Below, piece after piece: positions 42,846-56,933 of a stretch of DNA of 64,000 bases (positions within the stretch are counted from its first letter, which is position 1; each line of letters opens with the position of its first letter). This DNA is from Octopus vulgaris. Lineage: Eukaryota. Where the stretch lies: contig OX597814.1 of assembly GCA_951406725.2 (NCBI GenBank), positions 9,548,001 through 9,612,000 on the forward strand. Reading direction: 5' to 3'. The position numbers were made by a program, and so were the translations under genes. The notes under the pieces are model-generated. The model was given only the letters and a program-made list of their open reading frames with translations. It did no database searches and was not told the DNA's origin.

Positions 42846-44842
42846 TTAGTTGCACGCAATAAACAGATACAACAAATTGTGGAAGTAGTAAAGATAATGT
42901 ACGGACAACCTGTATTTGTTGAAGTATTGTAAGATCGATATGCCTTTGGTAAGATTGCAGTGTTGTGAGGTGTTTCTTCTATGCGCCTAGCCTAAGCTGA
43001 GACGAACTTACTCTGGATGGACAGTTTGCAGTGTCACCCAAACAAGGTAAGTCATGGGAACCACAACCACTTGTACGTAAGTTATTGACTAATAAGACTC
43101 TGTGATTTGGAGGGAATATGTTTCTTTTCATGCTATATAGTCCCAGGAGGAGTTGAACTGAACGCTTGAAACTGACAACATTTTCCTCAGTTTTACAGTG
43201 ATATCAGTGCTTACAGCTATAAGTTGTTCCTTCTCTGCATTGGCAGTTTACATCGAGACAGACTGGGTTATTTGAGAGTTAAGTGTATTAAGCACAGGTT
43301 AGGAACAGCTGAAATAATTATTTAACACAGATTTCTCATGCAGCATTGTATAACCATTTCATGTAATTATAGGTATATTCATAAATTTTGTATTAATTTA
43401 CATTTGAAGATATAGCCGCCATATCATGGCGATGTATATCTTTATATACAGCAATGGAATAATGTAAGAGACGGGACAAACTCGAACTCTTTAGAAATAG
43501 AATTAAATGTAATAAATTTCGCATTACTAAAGAATCCATTATTGAGTTCTCGTTGTTAAAGTATAGATTATGTATAACCGCCATTTTACTTCACATACAA
43601 AAGTCAGATTTATATGATATAAAGAAGGCATTATTCGGCTATTAATTAGAATAGGTACTAATTAGCATAAAGATGTAAGCAGCATCAGAGAGATAATTAA
43701 ATAACTTTCCAATGTTATATTAATGGAGTTTTTATTATAGAGAATTCTTGTCAAAATTTGTGCATTCGATTAATGTAGTTTGAAACTATTGTTGTCCATA
43801 ATTTTTATACTGAATACAATCAATATTGATTGATATACTTGATAGTTGGTTAAGAAAACAGAACATAGACTGCTTAATAAAAGAAACGAAGAATACTGTG
43901 AGAGATTTGCAGCTGCCCGAGTCAATATTGTGCCAGAGTAACGGCTATAAGGTCGATGATTCGTATGCTATCATCAATGCAATACTGTTTCTATAGTCAA
44001 GAGACTTAACTCTCACTGGTTTAATTCACTTAGTTGTAAATAGGTAGAAGGAATAGTTAATTATATTCTGTCAACTGGCATTGCATTGTGTTCTCGCCGT
44101 TGCTAGTCTATCAAATGGCTTTGCCATAATAGAAATATTATGCTGCTATAGGCGGAGAGCTGGCAAAATCGTTAGCGCGCCGGGCATTCGTCCGTCTTTA
44201 CGTTCTGAGTTCAAATGAGTACCAGTTGAGCACTAGGGATCTATGTAAGCGACTTACTCCCTCAGCCGAAATTTCTGGACTTGTATCAAAATTTGAAATT
44301 AATATCACGCTGTAGTAAGTAATAGCACAGTAAGATTTTCGAGTGCTTCATTAATAGTAATAATGATTTCAGTTCTTACTAACAGATAAAGTTAACCTTC
44401 CTTGTTAATAACAAGGAAGTCAAAATTACCGCCACGTTTCAGATATAGACTCCAGATAAAAGACTTTTATCTGGAGTCTTTAGTAACGTGCCAACGACAT
44501 GTGTCTCAGTATTAAAGAAAAATTCTCGGTGAAATGGATCTTCAGCTCAATTCCATGAGAGGAATTTCGATTAGTTCTAATTTCAACTTTTCGAACCAAC
44601 AATCTATTCATTGCTCTTTAAATCTTCAGTCTAACGTTCTTTCAATTGAGCTATTTCATTTCTCTGCTTGTAGCCTCGTAATTTCTAGAAATATATTTAC
44701 TGTCATTGAAATAAAAATATTTTAATAAAGTATATCAAACAAAATAAGTTAATGGGTAGGAAAAAAGTTAATTCAAAGAAGTATTAGACCTATTTTTGTT
44801 TTAACACAGTTTTACACATTTGTCTGAAATCTTTATATTGGT

Positions 44843-45305
44843 TCTAAATTTTGGCACAAAGCCAGTAATTTCGGGGTAAGGGGCTAGTCAATTACATCGA
44901 CCCCAGTGCTCAGCTGGTAATTGTTTTGTCGATTCCGAAAGGCTGTGAAAGGCAAAGTCGACCTCAAGCGGAATTTCAACAGAGAACATAAAACGGATGA
45001 AATGCCGCTAAGCATTTTTTCCGACATACTAACAATTCTGTCAGTTCGTCGTCCTGCTTTTGGTTGAAATCTATATATTGACATAAATAAAGGTTTCAAA
45101 TTTTGGCACAAGGCCAGCAATTTTTAGGATAGAGGGATAGTCGATCACATCAACTCCAGTGCTCAGCTGATACTCATTTAATCAACCTTGAAAGGATGGA
45201 AGGCAAAGTCTACCTTGGCAGAATTTGAACTCAAAAACGTAAGGAATCGGAAGAAATACTACCAAGCATTTTGTCCGACACGCTAACGATTCTGTCAGCT
45301 CGCTA
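44843..45305 (-). mobile_element. Two tandem SINE group 2 copies (44843-45055, 45090-45305)
   Basis: Each has aaattttggcacaa..tcgaccccagtg..aaggcaaagtc..ctgtcagctcg; further partial copies at 3745-3830, 16235-16330, 44150-44300, 47860-47990. Confidence 0.85.
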
Positions 45306-45337
45306 CTTTATTTGCCTGCATAATAGAACAGACGTAC

Positions 45338-45620
45338 TGCAGCCGTGGCAAAGTTTTTTTTAACATAAGCCTTTATACAGGCAGAAACACGAAGGTCTGG
45401 CAAACACACAAAACAGTTCAATTATCGATTGGCTCTCACAAACTACACACATAAAGATTATATATGAATCACATAAGATTACAGCATACGCCCGGAAAAA
45501 CAAACGACGAAGTTGTCACACTGGAACTACTTTCAGCGTAGTTTTTTCAACGGTGATTAGTCTAGGACTACATGGGGGAAAATAAAAGTTAGTTTCGAGC
45601 CAATAAGACAAAACCTGTGC
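45338..45620 (-). promoter_or_regulatory. Putative promoter and first exon
   Basis: CpG-containing non-repeat island with TATCGAT (DRE-like, 45423), two CCAAT boxes (45428, 45600), CCGGAA (ETS-like, 45492), two RACTAC motifs (45524, 45566); minus-strand donor GCA|gtacgt at 45337. Confidence 0.4.
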
Positions 45621-45745
45621 GTGAGCGAGCGACCTGATAGTTATAGCAGCCCAGTTTTCCTCAGATCACATCCTACTATTTTATATTAAGGAATATATAT
45701 ATATATATATATAAATATATATGTGTGTGTGTGTGTGTGTATGTG

Positions 45746-45777
<32 letters not shown>

Positions 45778-45892
45778 CGTATGTATGACGAGTTGAGAGT
45801 TGTGTAAAGTATTACATAATATTACAGATGTTGAACACACACACGTGTATATATGTATACACACACAGACACACACACACATATATATAAAT

Positions 45893-45939
<47 letters not shown>

Positions 45940-46063
45940 TATACATGCATTTATATGCATGTATATATATATTCATATATATATATATACATATATATAT
46001 ACATACATATATATATACGTATATATACACACACATATATATATACATATATATATGCATATA

Positions 46064-46103
<40 letters not shown>

Positions 46104-46160
46104 TACATATATACATATATACATATATATATACATATATATAAGTATGAATATATATAT

Positions 46161-46205
<45 letters not shown>

Positions 46206-46210
46206 TATAA

Positions 46211-46260
<50 letters not shown>

Positions 46261-46329
46261 GTATATATGTATATATATATAGATATAGATATAGATATAT
46301 ACATATATATATATATGTATATATATATG

Positions 46330-46381
<52 letters not shown>

Positions 46382-46384
<3 letters not shown>

Positions 46385-46718
46385 AGAAAGCGCATGGTTC
46401 AGTGGTCAGAGCGTCGAGCTTACGATCGTGAGGCTGTGAGTTCGATTCCCGGACCGGACTACGTGTTGTGTTCTTGAGCAAGACACTTTATTTTACGTTG
46501 CTCCAGTTTACTTAGCTGTAAAAATGAGTTGCGACATCACTGCTGCCAAGCAGTATTGGCCTTTGCCTTTCCCTTGGAATAACATCAGTAGTGTAAAGAG
46601 GGGAGGCTGGTATGAATGGGCGACAGCTGGCCTTCCACAAACAGCCTTGCCCAGACTTGTGCTCGGAGAGTAACTTTCTAGGTGCAATCCCATGGTCATT
46701 CATGACCGAAGAGGGTCT
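46382..46718 (+). mobile_element. tRNA-derived SINE (group 3 variant)
   Basis: A box TGGTTCAGTGG, B box AGTTCGATTCC, central GTGTTCTTGAGCAAGACACTT; 3' half recurs at 52693-52878. Confidence 0.85.
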
Positions 46719-46749
46719 TCTCCTCCTCCTCCTCCTTCTCCTCATAAAT

Positions 46750-47855
46750 ATATATGTTCATAATATAGGCATATTCAATACATATAGACAACTGGATGCT
46801 CTGAACCATATAGGAAAGTTTGAAGATTGTCTCATAAGAATTAAAGAAATCCTCATGAAACTGGAACACCATGCGGACGTATTTCTTATGGCTGATTTCA
46901 ATGTCAAATGGCATGAAGGCCTCATGCTCTCAGGAATGACTCATTGCAAACAAGCACAGGTGGAGTCCCTGCTCAACCTTACCAATGCCCTATTCAAGTT
47001 GTACTCAGAACATTTTGAATCTCTGCTTCCAACGTTCCCGATGTGAAAATGACGCCGACATTAGTTTCGGATCACAACATAATAGAGCTGTCCATGTATA
47101 GACCAAAAGTAGCCAGAGACATACAGCCTAAAGGAAGCACCCAAAATCTCTCCAATCTGAGCTTCCACAAAGTAAACTAGAAATCGATCCAAAATGAGAT
47201 CCCCAGACAGGACTGATGAAATGTCTCTCCACACCAGACATTGGCATGAAACTAGAATATTTCATGTCTGTTATGCAAGCCATATGACAGAAATAGGTCC
47301 CAGAGCACAAGGCCAACATAATAAGGAACAAGATTCTAAGAGAGAGGAAGATCCTCGTGAGATGACGGACGAAGGTTGCAAAAGTAGTGGAAGGTCCCGC
47401 CTAAAAATAACACTGATGGAGAGTGAAAAAAGCATGCAACAATCCTATGTGAGGGAGAGAGCAGAAAAAGAAGCTTGGGTTATAAAAAACATTAAGTCAA
47501 ACCCAAAGGCCTTTTTTTCATTATACCAAAGAAACAACCACGTTACGCTGCAAAATAAGACCCCTCTTCCAAAAGGATGGCTCCCTCACATATAGTTTAA
47601 CCAGGATCAGTGAAGTACTGAATGACCAGTTCAAAAGTGTCTTATACCACCCCGTTGGAACACAGACAAGTGAACAAACCATGGATTTCTTTGCCACTTC
47701 AGCTATAACCAGCGAGGCAGTTAAATGGATTACATCGACATTAGTGATGAAAATATACTACTAGCCATAGATGAGGTGGACGCAAACTCAACTGCTGACC
47801 CCGATGGTTTCCCAGCAGTCCTCCTCAAATCGTGTAAGCGTACCCTGGCGAAAAA
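46750..47855 (+). pseudogene. CR1-like LINE ORF2 fragment (APE endonuclease C-half to RT domain 0)
   Basis: TYRQLD..KFEDCL..VFLMADFNV, SDHNIIEL, IKSNPKAFF, ISEVLNDQFKSV, STADPDGFPAVLLKSC; multiple stops and frameshifts. Confidence 0.9.
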
Positions 47856-47995
47856 TCTACATTCTGATTTTTAAATTCCACCGAGGTCGACTTTGCCATC
47901 CATCCTTTCGGAGTCGATAAATTAAGTACCAGTTGCATACTGGGGTTGATCTAATCGACTGGCTCCCTCCCACCACATTTCGAACCTTGTACCGA

Positions 47996-48058
<63 letters not shown>

Positions 48059-48107
48059 GACAATTTCAGCGTCAGGAATTTCTGTAAAGTTCAGTATATA
48101 GTAAAAA

Positions 48108-48159
<52 letters not shown>

Positions 48160-48399
48160 TGTAGATATAGACATACATATAGATACATATTTTACTTGAA
48201 TACATGTACGTTTATTCATATACATATATTGCAATGGTGATATAAACATACCAAGTCCGGTTAGTGCTGCTTGTAGAAGCAAAACTGAAACCCCAAGACA
48301 ATGACATTCACACGGTGAAAAACTATCGGCTAACTTTGTACCTGAATCTCATGTATAAAATATATATAACCTATCTGAACCTGTTTCCCCATCACAGCT

Positions 48400-48900
48400 G
48401 AACAAGCATCTGGGAAAAAAGGACTTGGGTGAAGAGCTGAATAACTCTTGATCAACAAAACTGTGATGTTAGAGCTACGGTGGCAAAGAAAGAACTTGAT
48501 CCCAGTCTGGTTGGATTAGAAGAAAACAGCCGATTCTGTACCTCCCTCGTTAATGAATCTGCTACTTTGACCTGCTAGGGATATAGATACCATTATCAAG
48601 GCCATAGATAATTTGGCTTTGTTTTAGGTCACCATTCGGAAGTTAAATACGGGAAATGTTTGTACTGGCTCTGATGGAATACTGTAAAGAAGAAATATGT
48701 GATGCTGCTTATCTTTTTAGTAATCTTCATCCTTTTTGTTAAAGGAAGCTTCCCCCAGGAATATAGAAACGGCAACCTATCACATTACTTCTTTATGGAT
48801 GATCTGAAAATATTCCGAGAGTATGGATGGGGCGTAGGAAAGCCTTGACTTCGTTAAAACCCACCCCCAAGGAAGTGTTTGACCAGAGAAAATGTTCTTA
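48400..48900 (+). pseudogene. Heavily decayed RLE-type RT remnant
   Basis: LSHYFFMDDLKIF at ~48777-48816 (RT catalytic (Y/F)xDD motif in R4-like context). Confidence 0.6.
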
Positions 48901-49890
48901 CATGGTTGTGAAACATAGGCTCATAGAACAACAGGCTCATTTCTCAGTGTAACAATCAATGGCCGACCAATTTCTTCGATATCTGATGTAGAATACTAAA
49001 AGATACACGGAAATGGATGAAAATATTTCTTATGGTGGAGTGCTGTATCTTGACCAAAAAGATTATTATACCCGTAAATATGCAGAGGTCATGGTCTTTA
49101 AAAAAAGAATCATTTGAGTTACCTCCCATAACATGATGCAAAAGGTAGGTAGGAACGTACTACTGTATTAATATATATATTCTTGCCTCACAGCCAGTAC
49201 TCTCGGAAATTTCCTTATGAATTATTCGTTTTTTTTCTTCTGTTGGTGCATTCTCCTACGCATGTTTGAATCTGATACCATCCACATCCATTTCACTAAA
49301 GTGGGAAGGCTTGCAAACACAATAAACGGTAAATCTCTTCTTCTGACATACAAAAAAAAATGTTTCCATCCATCCATCCATCCATCCACCCATCCATCCA
49401 TCTATCCATCCATCCATCCATCCAACCGTCTATCCATTCATCCATCCGTCCATTTATCCATCCATCTATTTAATTATTTATTTATTCGACGGCTTACTGA
49501 ACAATAAACATCAACAACATAAAACTAACACTGCCTCCACAACCTCACCGCAAACAGCACCACCACGTCGACGACCACCACCATTTCCACAACCATCATC
49601 AACGACAACAACAACAACAACAACAGCAACAACAATCACCAAGTCCATCATCATGATCGTCATTATGCTGATCGTCAACAAAAGCAGAAACATCAAAAAA
49701 CAGCGAACATGGTGAGTAAAAAGTCGGTTGACTAATATTAGTTAATCAGTTAATGTTGATTTATCAGAAAATGGCGGTACAAGAGTATATTGCGCTGTAG
49801 ATACATTAAATACATGCATATATATGCATACGTCTTCTGACTGCAACATGACCCTTGATTGACGAAGAGAAAAAAACACTAAAAATACAA

Positions 49891-49926
<36 letters not shown>

Positions 49927-50160
49927 TGTATGTATGTATGTATGTATGTATGTATGTATAAATGTATGTATGTATGTATATATGTATGTATGTATGTATG
50001 TTTGTATATACGTATGTACGTATGCATATATGAATGTATGTATAAATGTATGTATGTATGTATGTATGTATAAATGTATGTATGTATGTATGTATGTATG
50101 TATGTTTGTATGTATGTATGTATGTATGTATGTATAAGTGTATGTTTGTATGTATGTATG

Positions 50161-50194
<34 letters not shown>

Positions 50195-50537
50195 TGTATG
50201 TATGTATAAATGCATGTATGTATGTATGTATGTATAAATGTATGTATGTATGTATGTATGTATGTATGTATGTATGTATGTATGTATGTATGTATGTATG
50301 TATGTATGTATGTATGTTTGTGTGTGTGTAAAGAATCGCCGCTCCCATCACCCCAGGAAAATAGGAAACAGAAAAGCTCTGTTTTATTTGAAGAAGAACG
50401 AGAAGAAAAAAAAATCCTTCCAATCCATCTTTGGGGATTATCATACATGTACTGGCAACAAGAATTGTCTGTGGTTTTTACTATTTGAAGTGGTTAGTTT
50501 TTACGTATTAGCATATTATGTTGTGGGCTTCATATTA

Positions 50538-50605
<68 letters not shown>

Positions 50606-50729
50606 GTATGTATATATATATGTAAAATGTTATATTGTATATATATATATATGTATACATATATACACATATATATATATATCTATATGTATACATATGT
50701 ATATATATATATCTATATGTATACATATG

Positions 50730-50770
<41 letters not shown>

Positions 50771-50913
50771 AAATATGATATATAGTATATATTGTATATA
50801 TACACACAGATAGATAGATATATATAAATATTTACACACACATATATCTAAATATATATATAAACATGTAGATATATATATACATATATATACATACATA
50901 TATATATACACAC

Positions 50914-50948
<35 letters not shown>

Positions 50949-51588
50949 TGTAAAATATGATATATGGTACATATTATATATATACATATATACAAATACA
51001 TACACACATTACCTATTATATACATCGATGATATGTGAGTTTGTATGTGTGTAATACTAAGAATGGTCTTGAGTATATATATATATATATATATGTACAC
51101 AAACACATGCTCACACATGACACACAGATGACACACATACACATGCATAAATATATATGTTATATGTATGTGATTACAAACACATGTTTCCATAGACGTG
51201 CATACACGAGCCTGCGCACACAGAAAGACATACAAACGCGCATAATATATTCCTATTTGTCATTTCATTAGTGTTTTATAGTTCAGCAGTTAATGTCTTT
51301 ATTTTCGTCATCGATGTGTTTTTTGCATTGTTGGCGGTGATGGTGGTGGTGGTGGCGGAGGTAATAATGGCGACGACTGTGATGACGATGACGTTTATGA
51401 TTATCAATATGGCGGCGAGGTCGTTCATTTACTCCGTACTTGTTGCTATTGCTGTTGCTTCGTTTCTTTCTATTTTTTCTTTGTGTTGTCATTGCAGTTA
51501 TGATTTATTTTAATGCAGTTACATATGCAATGACCCAAATAAATGAGCGGCTATTGTGTTGTTTCCACTACGCCACCGTGTGCCGTGC

Positions 51589-51627
<39 letters not shown>

Positions 51628-51829
51628 ACACACAGACACACACACATTCACACTCACATGTATACGCATGCCTACACTGAAAAAAAAATACGCGTACTGT
51701 TCTATATAAATATTTACATGATTAATACATAAAATACATATATATGCAAACACATTTATGTGCAGACATATATTCACACATATATTCACACACAAGCAGT
51801 TATGTGTAAACATGTTTACTTACATACAT

Positions 51830-51879
<50 letters not shown>

Positions 51880-51921
51880 GTATGTATATATATATATATA
51901 TATGTAGATATATAATGTAGA

Positions 51922-51959
<38 letters not shown>

Positions 51960-51971
51960 GATATATAATGT

Positions 51972-52027
<56 letters not shown>

Positions 52028-52080
52028 TTATATATATATGTGTAGATATATAATGTAGATGCATATATATATATGTATGT

Positions 52081-52120
<40 letters not shown>

Positions 52121-52692
52121 GCATATATGCAATGGCATGTCTAAGACTAACGGATTATAGTAACCCTACAAAATCCACTAATCCATTGCACAAAGCTCAA
52201 AGAATGGAATGACCCCCACCACCTTTTCTAGCCATCAGCATAATCGGTGCTTTGTTATATCAGTCAATATACTAAGCGGAGAATGGGGAAGAGCTTTTGT
52301 TGTATGCAGCTTTTCAAAATATTCAGAAAAATAAGGATTTGGATCTTGCTTCGGATTCGATGATATGAGTTCGGTCAACTTTCCTGTTCAATTTAAATAC
52401 CTACACACTTTTGTATGAAAGCACTTGGACTCATGGTTAGGGTGTTAAGCTTTCGATGGTGGTTCGGTTCTCAGCTGCAGCATTGCATTTTGTGTTTGGG
52501 CTGGGCCTTTTCATTTCCAATTGCTCAGCCGAAAATAGGTATTAGTGACAAATAGGTATCAGTTAACCCTCCGACAGACTAGTGTTCCGTTCTAGGAAGA
52601 GTTCTGCACATTCAGTCACTTCAATAGTACAAAAACCGGAATAACGTCAAGTGAAACGGGCCTCTATGTTCAGTTGAAATGTTACTTATTAT

Positions 52693-52878
52693 ACGTCACA
52701 GGTGCCAAGCTGTTTCGGCTGTTGCCTTTCCCTTGGATAACACTGCTGGCGTGGAGAGGGGAGGCTGGTATGCATGGGCGACTGCTGGTCTTCCATAAAC
52801 AACCTTGCCTGGACTTGTGCCTGGGAGGGTAACTTTCTAGGTTCAATCCCACGGTCAGTCATGACCGAAGGGGGCCTC
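52693..52878 (+). mobile_element. SINE 3' half (same family as 46382-46718)
   Basis: Direct sequence similarity. Confidence 0.8.
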
Positions 52879-52899
52879 AATAGTATAGTATATAATATC

Positions 52900-53250
52900 C
52901 ATAGATATCTGTATTTTTAAAGGAATTATCGGGCTGATATGGCAGGACTTGTAATAAAATTGACTCTTCGAATTATATGAACACTCCATCAGAACATTGT
53001 TCAAAGTGTCTGTCGATGAAGTTTCACAAAGCTTGGTTCCGATTGTGGTGTGTATAGAATATATTTAGACAGAAACTGGAATCTTGGAAAGGGTTAAGTA
53101 AAGCAACAAAGAACGGCTTCTGGTTTCTGTTTAGTGTCCATCTACTCATTTTCACTAAGAAAGGAGGTTGTGGTTGACTGCCTTCTGTTAGGAAAAATTA
53201 TAATAGATGTTTTGGAACAGCACAGCACACTCCACAATTGCACCCTAACA
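52900..53250 (-). pseudogene. Penelope-like element ORF remnant
   Basis: Decayed NPF...TIG..NFIDRHF motif of the PLE linker; 53480-54500 may continue the same element but is too decayed to be sure. Confidence 0.4.
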
Positions 53251-53265
53251 TTTACTGAGTAGACT

Positions 53266-53480
53266 AAGGTGGCGAGCTGGCAGAATCGTTTGCACGCCGG
53301 GCAAAATGCTTAGCGGCATTTTGTCCGAAATTTGCGTTCTGAGTTAAAATTCCAACGAGATCGACTTTGCTTTTCTTCGCTTCAGAGTCGATTAAAGAAG
53401 TACCACTTAAATACTTGAGTCGATGTAATCGACTTACCACCGCCCCGGAATTGCTGGCCTTGTGCCAAAATTTGAAATCA
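53266..53480 (+). mobile_element. SINE group 2
   Basis: GGTGGCGAGCTGGCAGAATCG head, tail TGGCCTTGTGCCAAAATTTGAAA. Confidence 0.85.
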
Positions 53481-53871
53481 ATATGTCCTGAGTAGATGGT
53501 GGGATAACGAGGGAGAGATTCTGTGGTAACAACAGTCACAGCATAGGAATTCAATGTGCTACCGTGAAGCTAGATGGGTATGTATGGGTATCAAGAATTT
53601 CAGTGATAGTGAGGGTGGTTATGGTTATGTTGAAATTCCTGTGGGGTCGATGTAATCGACTTACCACCGCCCCGAAATTGCTGGCCTTGTGCCAAAATTT
53701 GAAATCAATATGTCCTGAGTAGATGGTGGGATAACGAGGGAGAGATTCTGTGGTAACAACAGTCACAGCATAGGAATTCAATGTGCTACCGTGAAGCTAG
53801 ATGGGTATGTATGGGTATCAAGAATTTCAGTGATAGTGAGGGTGGTTATGGTTATGTTGAAATTCCTGTGG
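53419..53871 (+). repeat. Near-perfect tandem duplication, period 227 bp
   Basis: 53419-53645 repeated at 53646-53871. Confidence 0.95.
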
Positions 53872-54514
53872 AATGGGTAATGAAATTAGCCATGATAAAG
53901 CAGTCAGCGTACTAACAGAAGAAATCGAACGGCTCACGAATAAGTCAAGTAACATGGTTAAATGTGAATGGTTCCAGATTTTCCAAATGTATAATGGGGA
54001 TGAAATTGAAGTGTATTGGCCGTCATTACCCCAGAATACAAAATGATTTTAGCATGAAGTCTCTCCCCCTTGTAAATTATGCAAAGAACGTTTTTCGGCG
54101 TTGTGTTACTCTGACGCAGAGATTATCTCCCTTCTAAAGTCAGTGATACAGGAGAAAAAGAATCTGAAGTTATTAGAGGGTTAGTACCATATCATAAAGT
54201 TGTTGTTTAATACTCATATCTTAAAGGGTTAGTTATTCGCTAATTTCTTTTCATCTGCGTGTAAGTATTAGGAGAATGTCCTCAAGCTTCATAACTAGTA
54301 GGTAAAGGTGCTATTAAGTTTTGGAAATTCACCAGTATAAACTGGTGTTTTCAGGAACTTGTCAGAAATGATAGTAAAATAGTGGTATACTCTTGCCACG
54401 CAGTGTTAAATTCAACATCGAATCGAGCCAACGGATTGTAATATTTAAGAGATCATACCAACGTTGATATTTGGACGAAGTTCTGTTGGAAATAGAAGTG
54501 GACGGCCTGAGAAT

Positions 54515-54720
54515 ATATTTCTTTTCTACCCACAAGGGGCTAAACACAGAGGGGACAAACAAGGACAGACAAAGCGATCAAGTCGATTCCATCGACTCCA
54601 GTGCGTAACTGGTACTTAATTTATCGACCTCGAAAGGATGAAAGGCAAAGTCAACCTCGGCGGAATTTGAACTCAGAACGTAACGGCAGATGAAATACGT
54701 TTCTGCCAGCTCGCCACCTT
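54515..54720 (-). mobile_element. SINE group 2
   Basis: Matches 61042-61281 with internal deletion. Confidence 0.88.
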
Positions 54721-54949
54721 GGACGACCTGAGAATAGACACACGAGCTAAAAAACAAGTAAAAACAAATAACCTTGTCAATAATATCAAGAACAACAGCC
54801 TCAAAACCTGTAATTTTCAATGTTGCAACATCATAATAGATACTGAAGACTTCTAGGAAATACTTGGAAACAGCTTCCGTACGATATGAAAGTAGAATAC
54901 GATTTGGAAGGATTCCAGGCAAAGGGACTTTAGGAGACAAGTGAAACAG

Positions 54950-55365
54950 ATGAGTGGCTGTGTGGTAAGTAGCTTGCTAACCAACCACATGGTTCCGGGT
55001 TCAGTCCCACTGCGTGGCATCTTGGGCAAGTGTCTTCTGCTATAGCCCCGGGCCGACCAATGCCTTGTGAGTGGATTTGGTAGACGGAAACTGAAAGAAG
55101 CCTGTCGTATATATGTATATATATATATAAGTGTGTGTGTATATGTTTGTGTGTCTGTGTTTGTCCCCCTAGCATTGCTTGACAACCGATGCTGGTGTGT
55201 TTACGTCCCCGTCACTTAGCGGTTCGGCAAAAGAGACCGATAGAATAAGTACTGGGCTCACAAAAGAATAAATCCCGGGGTCGATTTGCTCGACTAAAGG
55301 CGGTGCTCCAGCATGGCTGCAGTCAAATGACTGAAACAAGTAAAAGAGTAAAAGAGTAAAAAGAG
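54950..55365 (+). mobile_element. SINE group 1, near full length
   Basis: Matches other copies. Confidence 0.93.
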
Positions 55366-55989
55366 AGATGGCACAATAAATGTCAGAACCTGGCGAAAAG
55401 ACACACAGAGCGACCTAAGACATTAAGGGTTCACTGGAGAATAGCACATGAAGTTCTTTGTCGACCATAGAGATATTAAAGATGATGAGGAACATCTATA
55501 TGTACAAACATTTCTCACGAAATCCGAATTCACTGCTTTCCAGAATCCCACAAACGTGATAACGTGCAGTTTGCTACGAACAGTAAATTTTCTGATTCTA
55601 CCAACAAAATTTCAAGATGGATTTAGAAATTATTACTGTTTGAAACAAACTGCAGGAACATGAACGAAAATATGAAAAAAAACCCATAAAAAAACAAAAC
55701 AAAAAAAGACAAAAGCAAAAACAAAACAAAGAAACCTAAATAAATAAAAAAAAACAATGAAAAGCTTACGCTAGAACAGAACCGTCGTGTAGCCGTGTAT
55801 TCATATAGTTAAAACAAAATCTGTTTGCGTTATATCTGTCTCCTTATCTATCTATCTATCTATCGAATTAATCAATCTATCTACGTATATATACATGTAT
55901 ACATGTGTATTTATGAATATATATATATTTCATGTCTGTTATGCAAACCATATATACATTTATTGTGGCATCTATTTCACTTGTCTCCC

Positions 55990-56877
55990 GAAACCCTAGA
56001 GGAGAGAAGAAATTTGAAGTGAACTCAAGGACCTGCAAATTTTACCTGCAAGGCAAATGTTGGCATGGGGAAGATGATACAAACTGTCGGTTTGTTCACC
56101 CGAGATCCCACCAAAACTACAGGAGCCTTAAGAAGAAATACTTCCCTGAGAAAAGGCACCAATCGCCTCCCCAAAAATACATGCAAATGCAGTGCGCTCT
56201 TCAGACGTTATGTGCAAGACAGCAGCTGAGCAAGAGTCTTTTTTTCTGCATAGCGCAAAAAGATCGTGCAGCAACTGACCTGACTACATCAAGCGCAAAC
56301 AAGGAACCTAGCCCACTTCGCAAGACCACCACAATCAACAAGCACGGCATGGCTTCCCCTAATGCCTGCACAGTCGTCCCGCCAATATTTTTACTAAATA
56401 TTGGGGGCTTGTTGCATCAGAACAAGAAAAGCAAAATATTTTTCCTGACAGACCTTGCTGCATGCAATCGAGAGCTATGCATAGCACTCATGGAAACTCA
56501 ACCAAGCCCTAATATAGAGGATGCAGAAGTACACGTACCAAAATATACCATACTGCGAACAGACATAAGGGAAAGGAGCCATGATGGAATTGCTGTATAC
56601 ATCCACGAAGAACTCAACAGCTTGGGTTTAAAGAGCCCACAGCTTTTTAATATTCTCCCAAAGAGCCTGAGAGATCTACACAAAGTGGATGTAGGTGTTT
56701 TCTAACCAAAACTGGACCTCTTCCTGTCGAGAGTCCTGGATGAACCTATCTCGCGGCAAAAGGTTGGTTCATCAACTCCCTTATTTACCAAATGCCACAT
56801 GTTAGAGGAGGTTCCCAATAATTACAGTGTAGCAAAGCGGTGGTGCACCAGCATGGCCGTAGCTCTGAGATGAAAAT
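55990..56877 (+). mobile_element. Internally deleted CR1-like LINE (CCCH finger, APE N-half, RT C-terminus, 3' tail)
   Basis: CKFYLQGKCWHG..C.F.HP; LLNIGGL..IALMETQ..IEDAEV..YTILRTD..HDGIAVYIHE; then directly NSLGLKSPQLFNILPKSLR..LDLFLSRVLDEP and the tail GGTGGTGCACCAGCATGGCC. Confidence 0.88.
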
Positions 56878-56879
56878 AC

Positions 56880-56933
<54 letters not shown>

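Noticed and set aside
42482-43990. TGATGA boxes suggesting intronic C/D snoRNAs
   Set aside because: No properly spaced CTGA box D with terminal stem found
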